DNA from: Patescibacteria group bacterium
GTDB taxonomy: Bacteria; Patescibacteriota; Patescibacteriia; JBDRGY01
Direction: 5' to 3'
Assembly: GCA_043817315.1 (NCBI GenBank)
Contig: JBDRGY010000003.1
Location: 59,181-123,180, forward strand
Length of the DNA stretch: 64,000 nucleotides
The notes beneath the pieces were generated by a model. That model did no database searches. It was not told the origin of the DNA and saw nothing but the letters and a program-made list of their open reading frames with translations. A program made the position numbers and the translations under genes. Of the stretch, positions 1 to 9,500 are shown piece by piece (within the stretch, counting starts at the first letter, position 1; each line of letters opens with the position of its first letter).

Positions 1-1803
1 GATGAGTTAATTTCTGGATTGGATAAAATCGATTGGCCCCAGAAGACTAAAACCAGTCAGTTGAACTGGATCGGCAAGTCCCAAGGTGCCAGTATTAAAT
101 TTTTCGTCGCCGACTCCAAATTATCAATCGAAGTTTTTACAACTCGAGCTGATACCTTATTCGGAGCAACTTATATGGTACTGGCTCCGGAACATCAATT
201 GGTGCAACAGCTCAGAGACAAGATTACCAATTGGAAGAAAGTAGAAAAATATATAACCGATACTCAAAAGAAGACTGAGATTCAACGAACTGATTTGGAC
301 AAAGAAAAAACCGGAGTAGAGCTTAAGGGCGTTAAGGCGATCAATCCGATTAACAATCAAGAGATCCCGATTTTCATCGCTGATTATGTCTTACTGGGCT
401 ATGGCACCGGAGCTATCATGGCCGTGCCTGCTCACGATGACAGAGACTGGGAGTTTGCTAAAAAGTTTAAGCTACCAATCATTGAAGTAATCCAAGGCAC
501 AGAAGAAACTGATGTTCAGCAACAAGCCTACATAGGCGAAGGCAAGATGATTAATTCGGAACAGTTTGACGGATTAGATCATAAAGAGGGCGCCAAGAAA
601 GTGGCTGAACAATTAAGGAGTAAAGAGTTGGGTGATCTGGCAGTCAATTACAAAATGAGGGATTGGATTATTTCTAGGCAAAGGTATTGGGGCGCCCCCA
701 TCCCAATTATTTATTGTGATAAATGCGGCGAAGTGCCGGACGAAAAATTGCCGGTGCAACTGCCCGATGACGTCGATTTCAAACCAACAGGTGAATCCCC
801 ATTGGCTTCATCGGATAAATTCGTAAAGGTAAAATGTCCTCTCTGCGGTGGGGAGGCATCGCGGGAAACTGACACCATGGACACTTTTGTTTGCTCTTCC
901 TGGTATTTTTACCGCTATGTTGATCCCAATAATGATAAGGAATTTGCCGATCAGCAAAAAATCCAAGACTTATTGCCGGTTGATATGTATATTGGCGGAG
1001 CGGAACACACGGTGATGCATCTGCTTTATGCCCGTTTTTTCTGTAAAGCAATGCTAGACTTGGGATTATTGCCCCAAGACACTTTTATAGACCGAGAACC
1101 GTTTTTGAAACTGAGACATCAAGGTATTATCTTGGGACCAGATAGACAAAAAATGTCTAAGTCCCGAGGCAATGTTGTGGACCCGGATCAGCTGGTCAAG
1201 AAATACGGAGCAGATGTTATCAGAATGTATTTGTGTTTCATGGGGCCTTACGATCAGGGTGGCCCCTGGGATCCTAAAGGGATTATGGGTGTTAAAAGGT
1301 TCTTAGATAAGGTGGAAGGCTTACTTCAAGGGATAAACAGTAAAGCTAAAAAGTCTGACGGTAAAATTCTACATCAGAGCATCAAGAAAGTAACCGAAGA
1401 TATTGAGGGATTAAATTTTAATACGGCAGTGTCTCAGCTGATGATTTTGGTTAATAAGTTTGTCGAATCAGGATTTAATAAGGTTGACTTGGAAAAGTTA
1501 TTAATAATCCTAGCCCCCTTTGCCCCTGAGACTACAGAAAAACTGTGGCAACAGTTAGGTAATAAAGATTCGATTCACGATCAACCCTGGCCGGATTTTA
1601 AAGAAGAACTAATTAAAGAAGATGAAGTTGAGTTAGTAATCCAAGTTAACGGCAAAGTAAGAGACAGAGTTAAAGTATCAGCTGACATTTCGGAAGATGA
1701 AGCCAAGGAGGAGGCGCTGGCTTCAACCAAAGTCTTGAAATGGGTTAAACAGCCCAAGAAGATAATTTTCGTCCCAGGTAAATTAATCAACTTAGTGGGA
1801 TAA
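1..1803 (+). CDS. leuS: Leucyl-tRNA synthetase, C-terminal ~600 aa (5' end lies upstream of window; frame open from nt 1)
   Basis: Translation carries class I LeuRS segments (YIGGAEHTVMHLLYARFF, KMSKSRGNVVDP KMSKS motif, anticodon-binding region). ORF is open to position 1, so N-terminus is missing. Confidence 0.9.
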   Translation, partial: DELISGLDKIDWPQKTKTSQLNWIGKSQGASIKFFVADSKLSIEVFTTRADTLFGATYMVLAPEHQLVQQLRDKITNWKKVEKYITDTQKKTEIQRTDLDKEKTGVELKGVKAINPINNQEIPIFIADYVLLGYGTGAIMAVPAHDDRDWEFAKKFKLPIIEVIQGTEETDVQQQAYIGEGKMINSEQFDGLDHKEGAKKVAEQLRSKELGDLAVNYKMRDWIISRQRYWGAPIPIIYCDKCGEVPDEKLPVQLPDDVDFKPTGESPLASSDKFVKVKCPLCGGEASRETDTMDTFVCSSWYFYRYVDPNNDKEFADQQKIQDLLPVDMYIGGAEHTVMHLLYARFFCKAMLDLGLLPQDTFIDREPFLKLRHQGIILGPDRQKMSKSRGNVVDPDQLVKKYGADVIRMYLCFMGPYDQGGPWDPKGIMGVKRFLDKVEGLLQGINSKAKKSDGKILHQSIKKVTEDIEGLNFNTAVSQLMILVNKFVESGFNKVDLEKLLIILAPFAPETTEKLWQQLGNKDSIHDQPWPDFKEELIKEDEVELVIQVNGKVRDRVKVSADISEDEAKEEALASTKVLKWVKQPKKIIFVPGKLINLVG

Positions 1804-1804
1804 G

Positions 1805-2968
1805 ATGCCCCAATCATTAATTAACTACCAAATCGACTATTCCTTGAAAAGGGAGATCAATGAACTCTATTTAAGTTCCGCTATCCGCAAATTTGGCCTG
1901 GGCATGATCACTTTGTTTGAGCCGATCTATTTCTATTTATATTTCAATTCGATCAGTAAAACTTTAATCTATTTAATGATTCTTTATGCTGTATATTTCT
2001 TTCTGGCTCCTTTGGGTGGAAAGATCTTTACCAAGGTCGGGCTGAAACATTCCATCCTAATCAGTGTGCCCATTTTATTGTTGTACTATTTCGGTCTTTA
2101 TAATATAAACTGGGGACTGTTCATGGTTTTTATCGTAGGATTATTGGATGTTGTTTTTAAGCTGTTTTTCTGGCCCGCCTTTCATACTGATTTTGCCAAA
2201 TTTTCCAAGAAAGAAATTAGAGGCACCCAGATCAGCCGCTTAGCCTTAGTCACCACCATAGGACAAGTGACCGGACCACTCTTGGGAGGACTTATCATTG
2301 TCAAGTTCGGCTGGCCGGTGTTGTTTATAATTGTTATGGTCTTGCTGATTGTTTCCACTTTTCCCTTATTTATGTCACCGGATATTCACGAAGTATACAG
2401 TTTTACTTACAAGCAGGCAGTGTCGAGATTGTTTACCAAAAAAAGGTGGAAAAGAACCCTGGCCTTTGCCGCCCAAGGGGCAGAAAGCAAGGTGGCTATT
2501 TGGATTTGGCCGATATTCTTATATTTGTTGATCCCTGACTTCGTGAAAATTGGCTGGCTGACCACCTCAATCCTGTTTATTACTGTTTTTTTAGTTATTT
2601 TCCTGGGTAAACAGCTAGACAAAGGAAAAAGAAAAGTTATTTTACGTATTGGCAGCATTCTCAACAGTTCTGGTTGGCTTTTCAAGATTTTTGTCACCAG
2701 CATACCACAGGTTTTTGTCGCTGATACTTACTCCCGATTTGCCCAACGTTCTCTGAATATTCCCTTTTTAACGATTTTTTACGATAAAGCAGCTAAACGA
2801 GGTTCTTATCTAGACGAATATATAATTTTCCGGGAAATGAGCCATGCCCTGGGGTCAGTAGTTATGTTTGCCTTAACCTTGTGGATTTATGCGATAACTG
2901 GCACCTTAATATGGGCCTTTATCATTGCTGCCATTGGATCATTATTTTTAATTTCTTACAGCCGCTAA
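1805..2968 (+). CDS. Polytopic membrane protein, MFS-transporter-like (paralog A of 3554..4723)
   Basis: 387 aa, ~10-12 hydrophobic helices. Shares FEPIYxY, LPLGxK(F), GPLLGGLxI(K)F blocks with the 3554..4723 product. LPLGAKFARRFGY in the paralog resembles MFS motif A. Confidence 0.5.
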   Translation: MPQSLINYQIDYSLKREINELYLSSAIRKFGLGMITLFEPIYFYLYFNSISKTLIYLMILYAVYFFLAPLGGKIFTKVGLKHSILISVPILLLYYFGLYNINWGLFMVFIVGLLDVVFKLFFWPAFHTDFAKFSKKEIRGTQISRLALVTTIGQVTGPLLGGLIIVKFGWPVLFIIVMVLLIVSTFPLFMSPDIHEVYSFTYKQAVSRLFTKKRWKRTLAFAAQGAESKVAIWIWPIFLYLLIPDFVKIGWLTTSILFITVFLVIFLGKQLDKGKRKVILRIGSILNSSGWLFKIFVTSIPQVFVADTYSRFAQRSLNIPFLTIFYDKAAKRGSYLDEYIIFREMSHALGSVVMFALTLWIYAITGTLIWAFIIAAIGSLFLISYSR

Positions 2969-2969
2969 T

Positions 2970-3554
2970 ATGCAAGTAAAAAAAGACATCAAGCAAGCAA
3001 TAGCAGTTCTAAAAAATGGAGGAGTGATTGCCTATGCCACCGATACCGCCTACGCACTAGGGGCCGACTATCGCTCAGCCAAGGCTATAAAAAGGCTCTA
3101 TCGGATTAAGGGCAGGGATTACAACAAGCCACTTATTTTAATTGCCGCCGATCTGAAACAAGTTAAGAAAATAGCCCATATCGGCAGTGAAGAGAATAGA
3201 TTGATAAAAGAGCACTGGCCTGGTCCTTTGACCATACTGCTCAAAGTAAAAGATCAAGAATTAAAGAGTATCAGCAAGGATGGGTATATTGGAATCAGAA
3301 TTCCTGAAAACGATGCAGCCATACTGCTGGCCGAGAAGTTGGGTTACCCGATTACTGCCACTTCGGCTAATCTATCCGGTCAGACTGCTTGCTATACACC
3401 CTACTGTATAGTCAAACAGTTTATCAATAAGGTATATACACCTGATTTTATCTTAGATGGGGGAAGGTTATCAGCTGGGGATATTTCAAGTATAATAAAA
3501 ATAGATAAAGGAAAAATAAAGATAATCAGACAAGGAAAAGTTAAAATAACATAA
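2970..3554 (+). CDS. tsaC: L-threonylcarbamoyladenylate synthase (YrdC/Sua5 domain, TsaC-type)
   Basis: 194 aa. AIAVLKNGGVIAYATDTAYALGAD ... IKGRDYNKPLILIAADL ... HWPGPLTILLK match the YrdC/Sua5 fold signature. Size fits stand-alone TsaC. Confidence 0.8.
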   Translation: MQVKKDIKQAIAVLKNGGVIAYATDTAYALGADYRSAKAIKRLYRIKGRDYNKPLILIAADLKQVKKIAHIGSEENRLIKEHWPGPLTILLKVKDQELKSISKDGYIGIRIPENDAAILLAEKLGYPITATSANLSGQTACYTPYCIVKQFINKVYTPDFILDGGRLSAGDISSIIKIDKGKIKIIRQGKVKIT

Positions 3555-4723
3555 TGACTAATCCTTTCAAGAAATTCCATTACAATGTATCCGGTTATTT
3601 TGCCAATCATCTGACCCAACAAGTCAAAGAGCTCTATGCTTCTGTAGCCATCATGGATTTTGCCAAATCGGCAGTCATGATTTTTGAACCGATTTACTTA
3701 TATACAATCGGTTTTTCTTTACAAAAAATCTTGATCTTCTTCTTAGCCGTTTACGTAATATATTATTTTTGCTTGCCCTTGGGTGCCAAATTTGCCAGGC
3801 GGTTTGGTTATGAGCACGGGATTCTGTGGAGCACCCCCTGTTTAGTTCTTTACTATCTCTCTTTGTTCGGTATCGCCTATTATCCCCTGCTGATTTATCC
3901 GGCCATTTTCTTTTTGGTACTGCAAAAATCTTTGTATTGGCCGGGCTATCATTGTGATTTTGCCCGCTTTAGTATGAAAGGAGAGCGGGGCAGAGAGATT
4001 AGCAACTTGGTGGTTTTGGACTCCGTTGTTTATGTTGTGGGGCCGTTATTGGGGGGTCTTTTGATCAAATTTGTAGGCTTTTCTGCCTTATTCATAGTGG
4101 CAGCTGTCTTGATCTTGGTATCTAATATCCCTCTGATGATGACCAAGGAAACGTTCAAGGTCACCCCTTTTTCCTATACAGGGGCCCATAAAAGGGTCTG
4201 GCAGAAGAAACATCGACGCAAATTTTGGTCCTATTTTGGTTTCGGAGAAGAATTAATAGTGTTGGTGATTTGGCCGATCTTTATTTATACAGTTGTCCAG
4301 GATTATTTATCAATCGGGGCAATTGTTGCCGGAGCCACTTTCTTTACCAGTTTGATTATTCTTTGGGTGGGTCGGGTTACTGACAAACAAGACAAAAGAG
4401 TAGTGCTCAAATCAGGCACTATAATATATTCGATCAGTTGGTTCCTGCGTTTATTTGCCGGAACCGGTTTGCACGTTTTTATGATTGACACTCTATCTCG
4501 AGTTTCTAAAAACACCATCTACGTTCCTATGACTGCCCTGACTTATGACCGGGCCGTTAAAGGCAGTGTCATGAAAGAGATTGTCTTTTTTGAGATGGCT
4601 TTGGTGATTGGAAAAATCGTGGCCATTTTACTTGTTTTGGTATTGCTCCAATTTTTCACTTCTGGTTTTGAGGCGGCCTTTATTGTAGCAGGAATCATGA
4701 CTCTTTTTTACGCCCTCCGTTAA
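3554..4723 (+). CDS. Polytopic membrane protein, MFS-transporter-like (paralog B)
   Basis: 389 aa, paralogous to 1805..2968 (same length, conserved blocks). Start overlaps tsaC stop (ATAATGA). Confidence 0.5.
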   Translation: MTNPFKKFHYNVSGYFANHLTQQVKELYASVAIMDFAKSAVMIFEPIYLYTIGFSLQKILIFFLAVYVIYYFCLPLGAKFARRFGYEHGILWSTPCLVLYYLSLFGIAYYPLLIYPAIFFLVLQKSLYWPGYHCDFARFSMKGERGREISNLVVLDSVVYVVGPLLGGLLIKFVGFSALFIVAAVLILVSNIPLMMTKETFKVTPFSYTGAHKRVWQKKHRRKFWSYFGFGEELIVLVIWPIFIYTVVQDYLSIGAIVAGATFFTSLIILWVGRVTDKQDKRVVLKSGTIIYSISWFLRLFAGTGLHVFMIDTLSRVSKNTIYVPMTALTYDRAVKGSVMKEIVFFEMALVIGKIVAILLVLVLLQFFTSGFEAAFIVAGIMTLFYALR

Positions 4724-5560
4724 ATGACTGACCAGATTCAATATTTAAAGAAAATTTTTCGTCAACATCACCTCCGACCGAGCAAATTACGCGGTCAGAA
4801 TTTTTTAATCAACCCGGATGTGGTAAATGAATTGGTAAAGTTGGCCGAGATAAAATCGGGCGATAGTGTTCTTGAGATAGGGCCAGGCCTGGGTATTTTG
4901 ACCAAAGAGATTTCCCAGAAAGCCAAATCAGTTTGGGCGGTCGAAGTTGATAAAGGACTTGCTTCGGTCTTGCCTAAAATAATGAGTGACTATCCTAATG
5001 TAAAGATTATTCCGGGAGATGCCATGAAGCTGCAGGGCAGTCTGGCCAAAACTCTGCCTGCCAGTTACAAAGTAGTAGCCAACTTGCCATTTTCCATTAC
5101 CTCACACTTCTTGCGTCAATATCTAGAAACTGATAAAAGGCCCACAGACATGACATTGATAGTCCAGAAAGAATTGGGAGACAGAATCTGCGCTCCCCCT
5201 GGTCAGATGAGTTTGATATCTGTGGCTGTACAGTTTTACGGACGGCCGACGATCTGCGAACTAGTTAGTCACCAGAATTTCTGGCCCCAACCCAAGGTTG
5301 ACACAGCTATTATGAGAATTGACCAGATCGGTCAAGGCTATAGTGCCAAGATTTACCAGTCAGAAATTCAAAGATTCTGGCAGATAGTTAGAATTGGTTT
5401 TTCAGCTAGGCGTAAACAATTGAAAAATAACCTCAAAGCTGGATTAAAAATTGATAGTGCTCAAATTGTAAAAATAATGCATAAAATTGGGCTTAATGAA
5501 CAAATTAGAGCCCAGGATTTGACAATTGATCAATGGCTAAAGTTAGCCAAAGGTTTTTGA
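4724..5560 (+). CDS. rsmA: 16S rRNA (adenine1518/1519-N6)-dimethyltransferase RsmA/KsgA
   Basis: RGQNFLINPDVVNELV ... VLEIGPGLGILT (SAM-binding GxGxG) ... NLPFSITS pattern typical of KsgA. 278 aa. Confidence 0.85.
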   Translation: MTDQIQYLKKIFRQHHLRPSKLRGQNFLINPDVVNELVKLAEIKSGDSVLEIGPGLGILTKEISQKAKSVWAVEVDKGLASVLPKIMSDYPNVKIIPGDAMKLQGSLAKTLPASYKVVANLPFSITSHFLRQYLETDKRPTDMTLIVQKELGDRICAPPGQMSLISVAVQFYGRPTICELVSHQNFWPQPKVDTAIMRIDQIGQGYSAKIYQSEIQRFWQIVRIGFSARRKQLKNNLKAGLKIDSAQIVKIMHKIGLNEQIRAQDLTIDQWLKLAKGF

Positions 5561-5571
5561 GGGTCCCTAAT

Positions 5572-5600
5572 TTGACCAAACCCCAAATATGTGATATAAT
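5572..5600 (+). promoter_or_regulatory. Near-consensus sigma70-type promoter: TTGACC (5572-5577), 17-nt spacer, extended -10 TGaTATAAT (5592-5600)
   Basis: Read directly: TTGACC-N17-TATAAT with TG at -15/-14. Lies 24 nt upstream of the ATG at 5624 that heads a 4-gene co-directional operon. Confidence 0.55.
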
Positions 5601-5623
5601 GGAGACTGATAATTGGTCAAAAA

Positions 5624-6514
5624 ATGGCACAAAATTCCGATAACGAGATTAACGAAGGGATACCCATTGAGTCGGAAGGTTTTAAGGAATTAATAGACCT
5701 GGAAGACGAGCCTTTACCCGAAGATTCATCAGCAGTATCTGAAGATGATGTCGCTTTTATTGGAGGAAATATGTGGGAGGAACCTGAAGAACGGCCAGGC
5801 AGAAGCGGAGGCAGAAACCAAGCAGCCAAACAGACTTCCGAGCCCCTTAAAAAAACCAATAGACCGCTTTGGGTACTATTCAGTGTTGCTTTGCTGGGTA
5901 TGTTCGTATTCTTTTTAGGCTTTTTTGATGTTATCGGTCAAATCAGCCTGCCCTTTATAGGTGATGGATCAGGGGAACTGACCGCCCAGGATGAAGCAGG
6001 CCTGCTTCTAGATCTGCAGGTGATGGACACTGATGAAGATACCCTAACCGATTATGAAGAATTGTATCTCTATAATACGTCTCCCTACCTGTCAGACTCC
6101 GATTCAGACGGCAAAGATGACGCCACCGAACTGAATGATGGTACCGATCCTAATTGTCCCAAAGGTCAGCTTTGCGGAACCACCTCGACAAATACCAACA
6201 GTTCAACTAATACCAATACCAACGAAAGTTCCTCGGAAGAAACAGTAACGGCTGATCAGTTAAGACAGACTCTAATAGAAAGCGGAGCGCCCGAAAGCAC
6301 AGTTAACGCGATGGATGATGAGACTATCATCCAAACTTACGCCAACCAGACCAGCACCCAGGACATCACAGTTGGCAGTTTAGAAAACTTAGCGGCAGAG
6401 GACGTCCGTCTGCTATTAAGACAGGCCGGAGTGGCTGATGCCACCTTGACTGAAATGGATGACGCTACTCTACTACTGGTTTTTCAAGAAGCCCTTAATG
6501 AAATTAATCAATAA
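5624..6514 (+). CDS. Acidic membrane-anchored hypothetical protein with a D-rich Ca-binding-like motif and internal repeats
   Basis: 296 aa, strongly acidic. One TM (RPLWVLFSVALLGMFVFFLGFF). DTDEDTLTDYEELYLYNTSPYLSDSDSDGKDD resembles thrombospondin-type-3/Ca-binding D-x-D-x-DG repeats. Repeated [TA]MDD[EA]T[IL] units near the C-terminus. TN/ST low-complexity tract. Confidence 0.5.
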   Translation: MAQNSDNEINEGIPIESEGFKELIDLEDEPLPEDSSAVSEDDVAFIGGNMWEEPEERPGRSGGRNQAAKQTSEPLKKTNRPLWVLFSVALLGMFVFFLGFFDVIGQISLPFIGDGSGELTAQDEAGLLLDLQVMDTDEDTLTDYEELYLYNTSPYLSDSDSDGKDDATELNDGTDPNCPKGQLCGTTSTNTNSSTNTNTNESSSEETVTADQLRQTLIESGAPESTVNAMDDETIIQTYANQTSTQDITVGSLENLAAEDVRLLLRQAGVADATLTEMDDATLLLVFQEALNEINQ

Positions 6515-6528
6515 TTTTCCTTAATATC

Positions 6529-9500
6529 ATGGGCATAAAACATAGTCTGAAAACAAAAATGAAAAAGGCACTGGCCTTCATTGCTTTATTCGGATTAGTA
6601 GTCCAAATAGCCGGGCCAGTTCTTTTATATCCGGAAATTGCTCATGCCGGTTTACCTACTTTTGCTACGGTGATTGCCGAGCCCTTCCGGCAGATGATTG
6701 ATGCTGTCAAATATGCCATTCAAATTGCCGGTGATGTCATGTTTAAAAATGCCCTGCGCACTTTTACTGCCAAGATTGCCTACGATACGGCTGTTTGGAT
6801 TGGCAGCGGGGGCAAAGGGCAGAAACCTTTATTTGTAACCAAGCCGGGACGGTATTTGGCAGATGCTGCCGATTCCGCAGCCGGTGATTTCTTAGATCAG
6901 TTATCAACTGCAGCTTGGGGGGAAAGCCTTTGTGATATAGCCCCTGAGCTCAAATTTTCTATTTACGAATCTATTAAGATCCAATATAGCTTGGATGAAA
7001 AAGCCATTCGCAAGGCCAGCTGTACAGCATCTGATATCTGGAAAAATGTGCAGGGCACCCAACTAATCGCTGAAATGGAGGATATGTTTGAGCTGGAACA
7101 AAGCTCCCTGGGACAATTGATTGAAATCGGTTTACAGGCTCCTGAAGAAGCAGCTAAAGGCAGAGAGCAAAAACAACATGAATACGAATTTGGCGGAGGC
7201 TATTTGCCCACTATGACCTTTTCCGGAATCGTCAAAACCCCCTCGGTTTCTTTGTCAGCTATGGTGGATCGATCACTGGACTTAATTACCAAGTCTGAAG
7301 AGCAATACACAGGCAATGCGGTGGCCGATGCCATCGGAGTTTTCTTTAATACTTTGATCAAAACCTGGATAAAAACTTTATTTGATGAAGGGCTCAATCC
7401 CAATGTTCAAGAAGGTGTGGGGCAGAAGCCCAAATCAGGCGTTTTAGCCGCTCGGGAAAAATTCTTTTCCTTAGCTGTTCCCAAATTTTCCACCGGGGGA
7501 CCAGTAGATATTCTAAACGAGTTAGCGGCCTGTCCCAGTGATGCCCGTTATCGCACAACTAATAATTGTGTCATTGACGACAGATTTCGGTTGGCCGTGG
7601 AACAAAAAATGAGAGTCAAAGATGCGGTGGCCCAAGGTCTTTTAGACGAGTATAAAATATTTGGCTATGACGCGGCAGGTCAGCAACCGGATTTCCGCAA
7701 TGGCTATCCCTATAATACAATGGTGGTTTTGAGAAAGTATCGAATTTTACCGGTAGGCTGGGAATTAGCAGCCAAATACATCAGGGACAAAGAAGACCCC
7801 CGGCAACTGCACACCCTAAAAGATGTACTGGAAGCTTACGATGACTGTCCGGTTTGTGATGAGAACAGCGAAAACGTCGGTGATTTATGTGACGATAACG
7901 ATGATTGTATTGATGGCCCTACTGCTCCTGGCCTTTGTGATTTTACCTTGGATTCTCCGTTATGTGGTTTAGTAGATCCGGCCTGGGTATTAAAAGCCCC
8001 ACAAGTAACTTGTAACCGACAGGGTCCTGGAGAACAGATAGTACATGAAGATTGGGAGAGAATTGTAGACGTCAATAACGACGGTGAAATCAATCAAGAA
8101 GACCCACCGGTTCAGATGGTAACCAGGGCCAACTATTGTGCTGATGACCAAACTTGTATCAAGGAAAACGATGACGGATCCTGTGCTCAATATGGTTATT
8201 GCTACGAAGAGAAAGAAATTTGGAAAATCGACGGAAACGGTTGTCCAGAACAGTACGGTAGCTGTTTAGGTTTTAAAAACTCCAACAACAAATCAGTTGC
8301 CTATTTGACTGACACCTTGGATTTTGATCACTGTGACGAAAACAACGTGGGCTGTAAATGGTATTGTCAGGACTGGGACGACACTACTGCCGGCTATCAA
8401 TGCAATAATTATCCCATTAATCCCTTGGATGCTGATTCACCGGGACCGGATGGTGATCCTGCTACCTTAGACGATAACAATCAAATACAATGCACCAACC
8501 CGGACGGCTGTACCTGCTATACCGAAGACAACCTGGCTGACCCCGTTCTTGATGAAGCCGGTGATTCTTGTGTCATTGCTGACGGGGAGTGGTCATGTAC
8601 CCCCAAGTGCGTCTTGCCTTATGAATGTCAATTGGCAGAATGCCTCTGTGTTAGCTGGAGCGGTGATTATTGTAACGTGGCTCCGGGTGGAACCGAGTGT
8701 GACTTGGGAGGACAACCTTGCACTCTAAATAATTCCAAACTGACTATCGATAGTGATGCGGAAACATGTAAAGCCAAAGATACCGGCTGTAGCGAATATA
8801 TCAGAATAGTAGAGGGGACAAATTTACTATCCAATTCATCTTTCGAAATATTTACTGGCGATGCCAATGACGGTGCTGAAGACACTTTTGACGCTTGGGT
8901 TAAGAAACCAGGATCTACCTTCGTAACCTACGCCCAGGTTAATCCTTACTTGGGAAATCACACTTTAGTAATAGAAGGAGGGGCCGCCAATGATTATTTG
9001 GCTCACTACTTTGAGACTGCCACACCCATCGAAAACAGGTCATTTACTTTTTCCTATTATGCCAAGACCGATAACTCGGGCTGCAGCGGCGCTTACGGTA
9101 TAGACGGAGATCAAGCGGCAGGCGGCGGGGCAACGGCCAATTACACAACTAATTGGGAAAGATATCATTATACTCATAATTTCACCAAACATTGTTTGGA
9201 TGCGGGACACGCTCTTTGTTCCACTGATGCTGATTGTGCTGCCGGAGTTTCCTGCGGTGGTGACACCAGCATCCAGCCTTTTGTGCGCCCAGCTCCCGGT
9301 TGTAAACTTTACGTGGATGCGGCTCAAGTGGAAGTTGGTTTTGTCCCCACTGAATATAAAGAGTACAACACCGTCAATCAGCTATATCTCAACGAGAATA
9401 GAGTGGCTTGTTTATCCGAAGAAGCCAACTGTAATTTATATACTCCCCGAAGAGGCGGCGATTCTGTCCCGGCGGTAATTACGGAAGCGGGTTCATGTGA

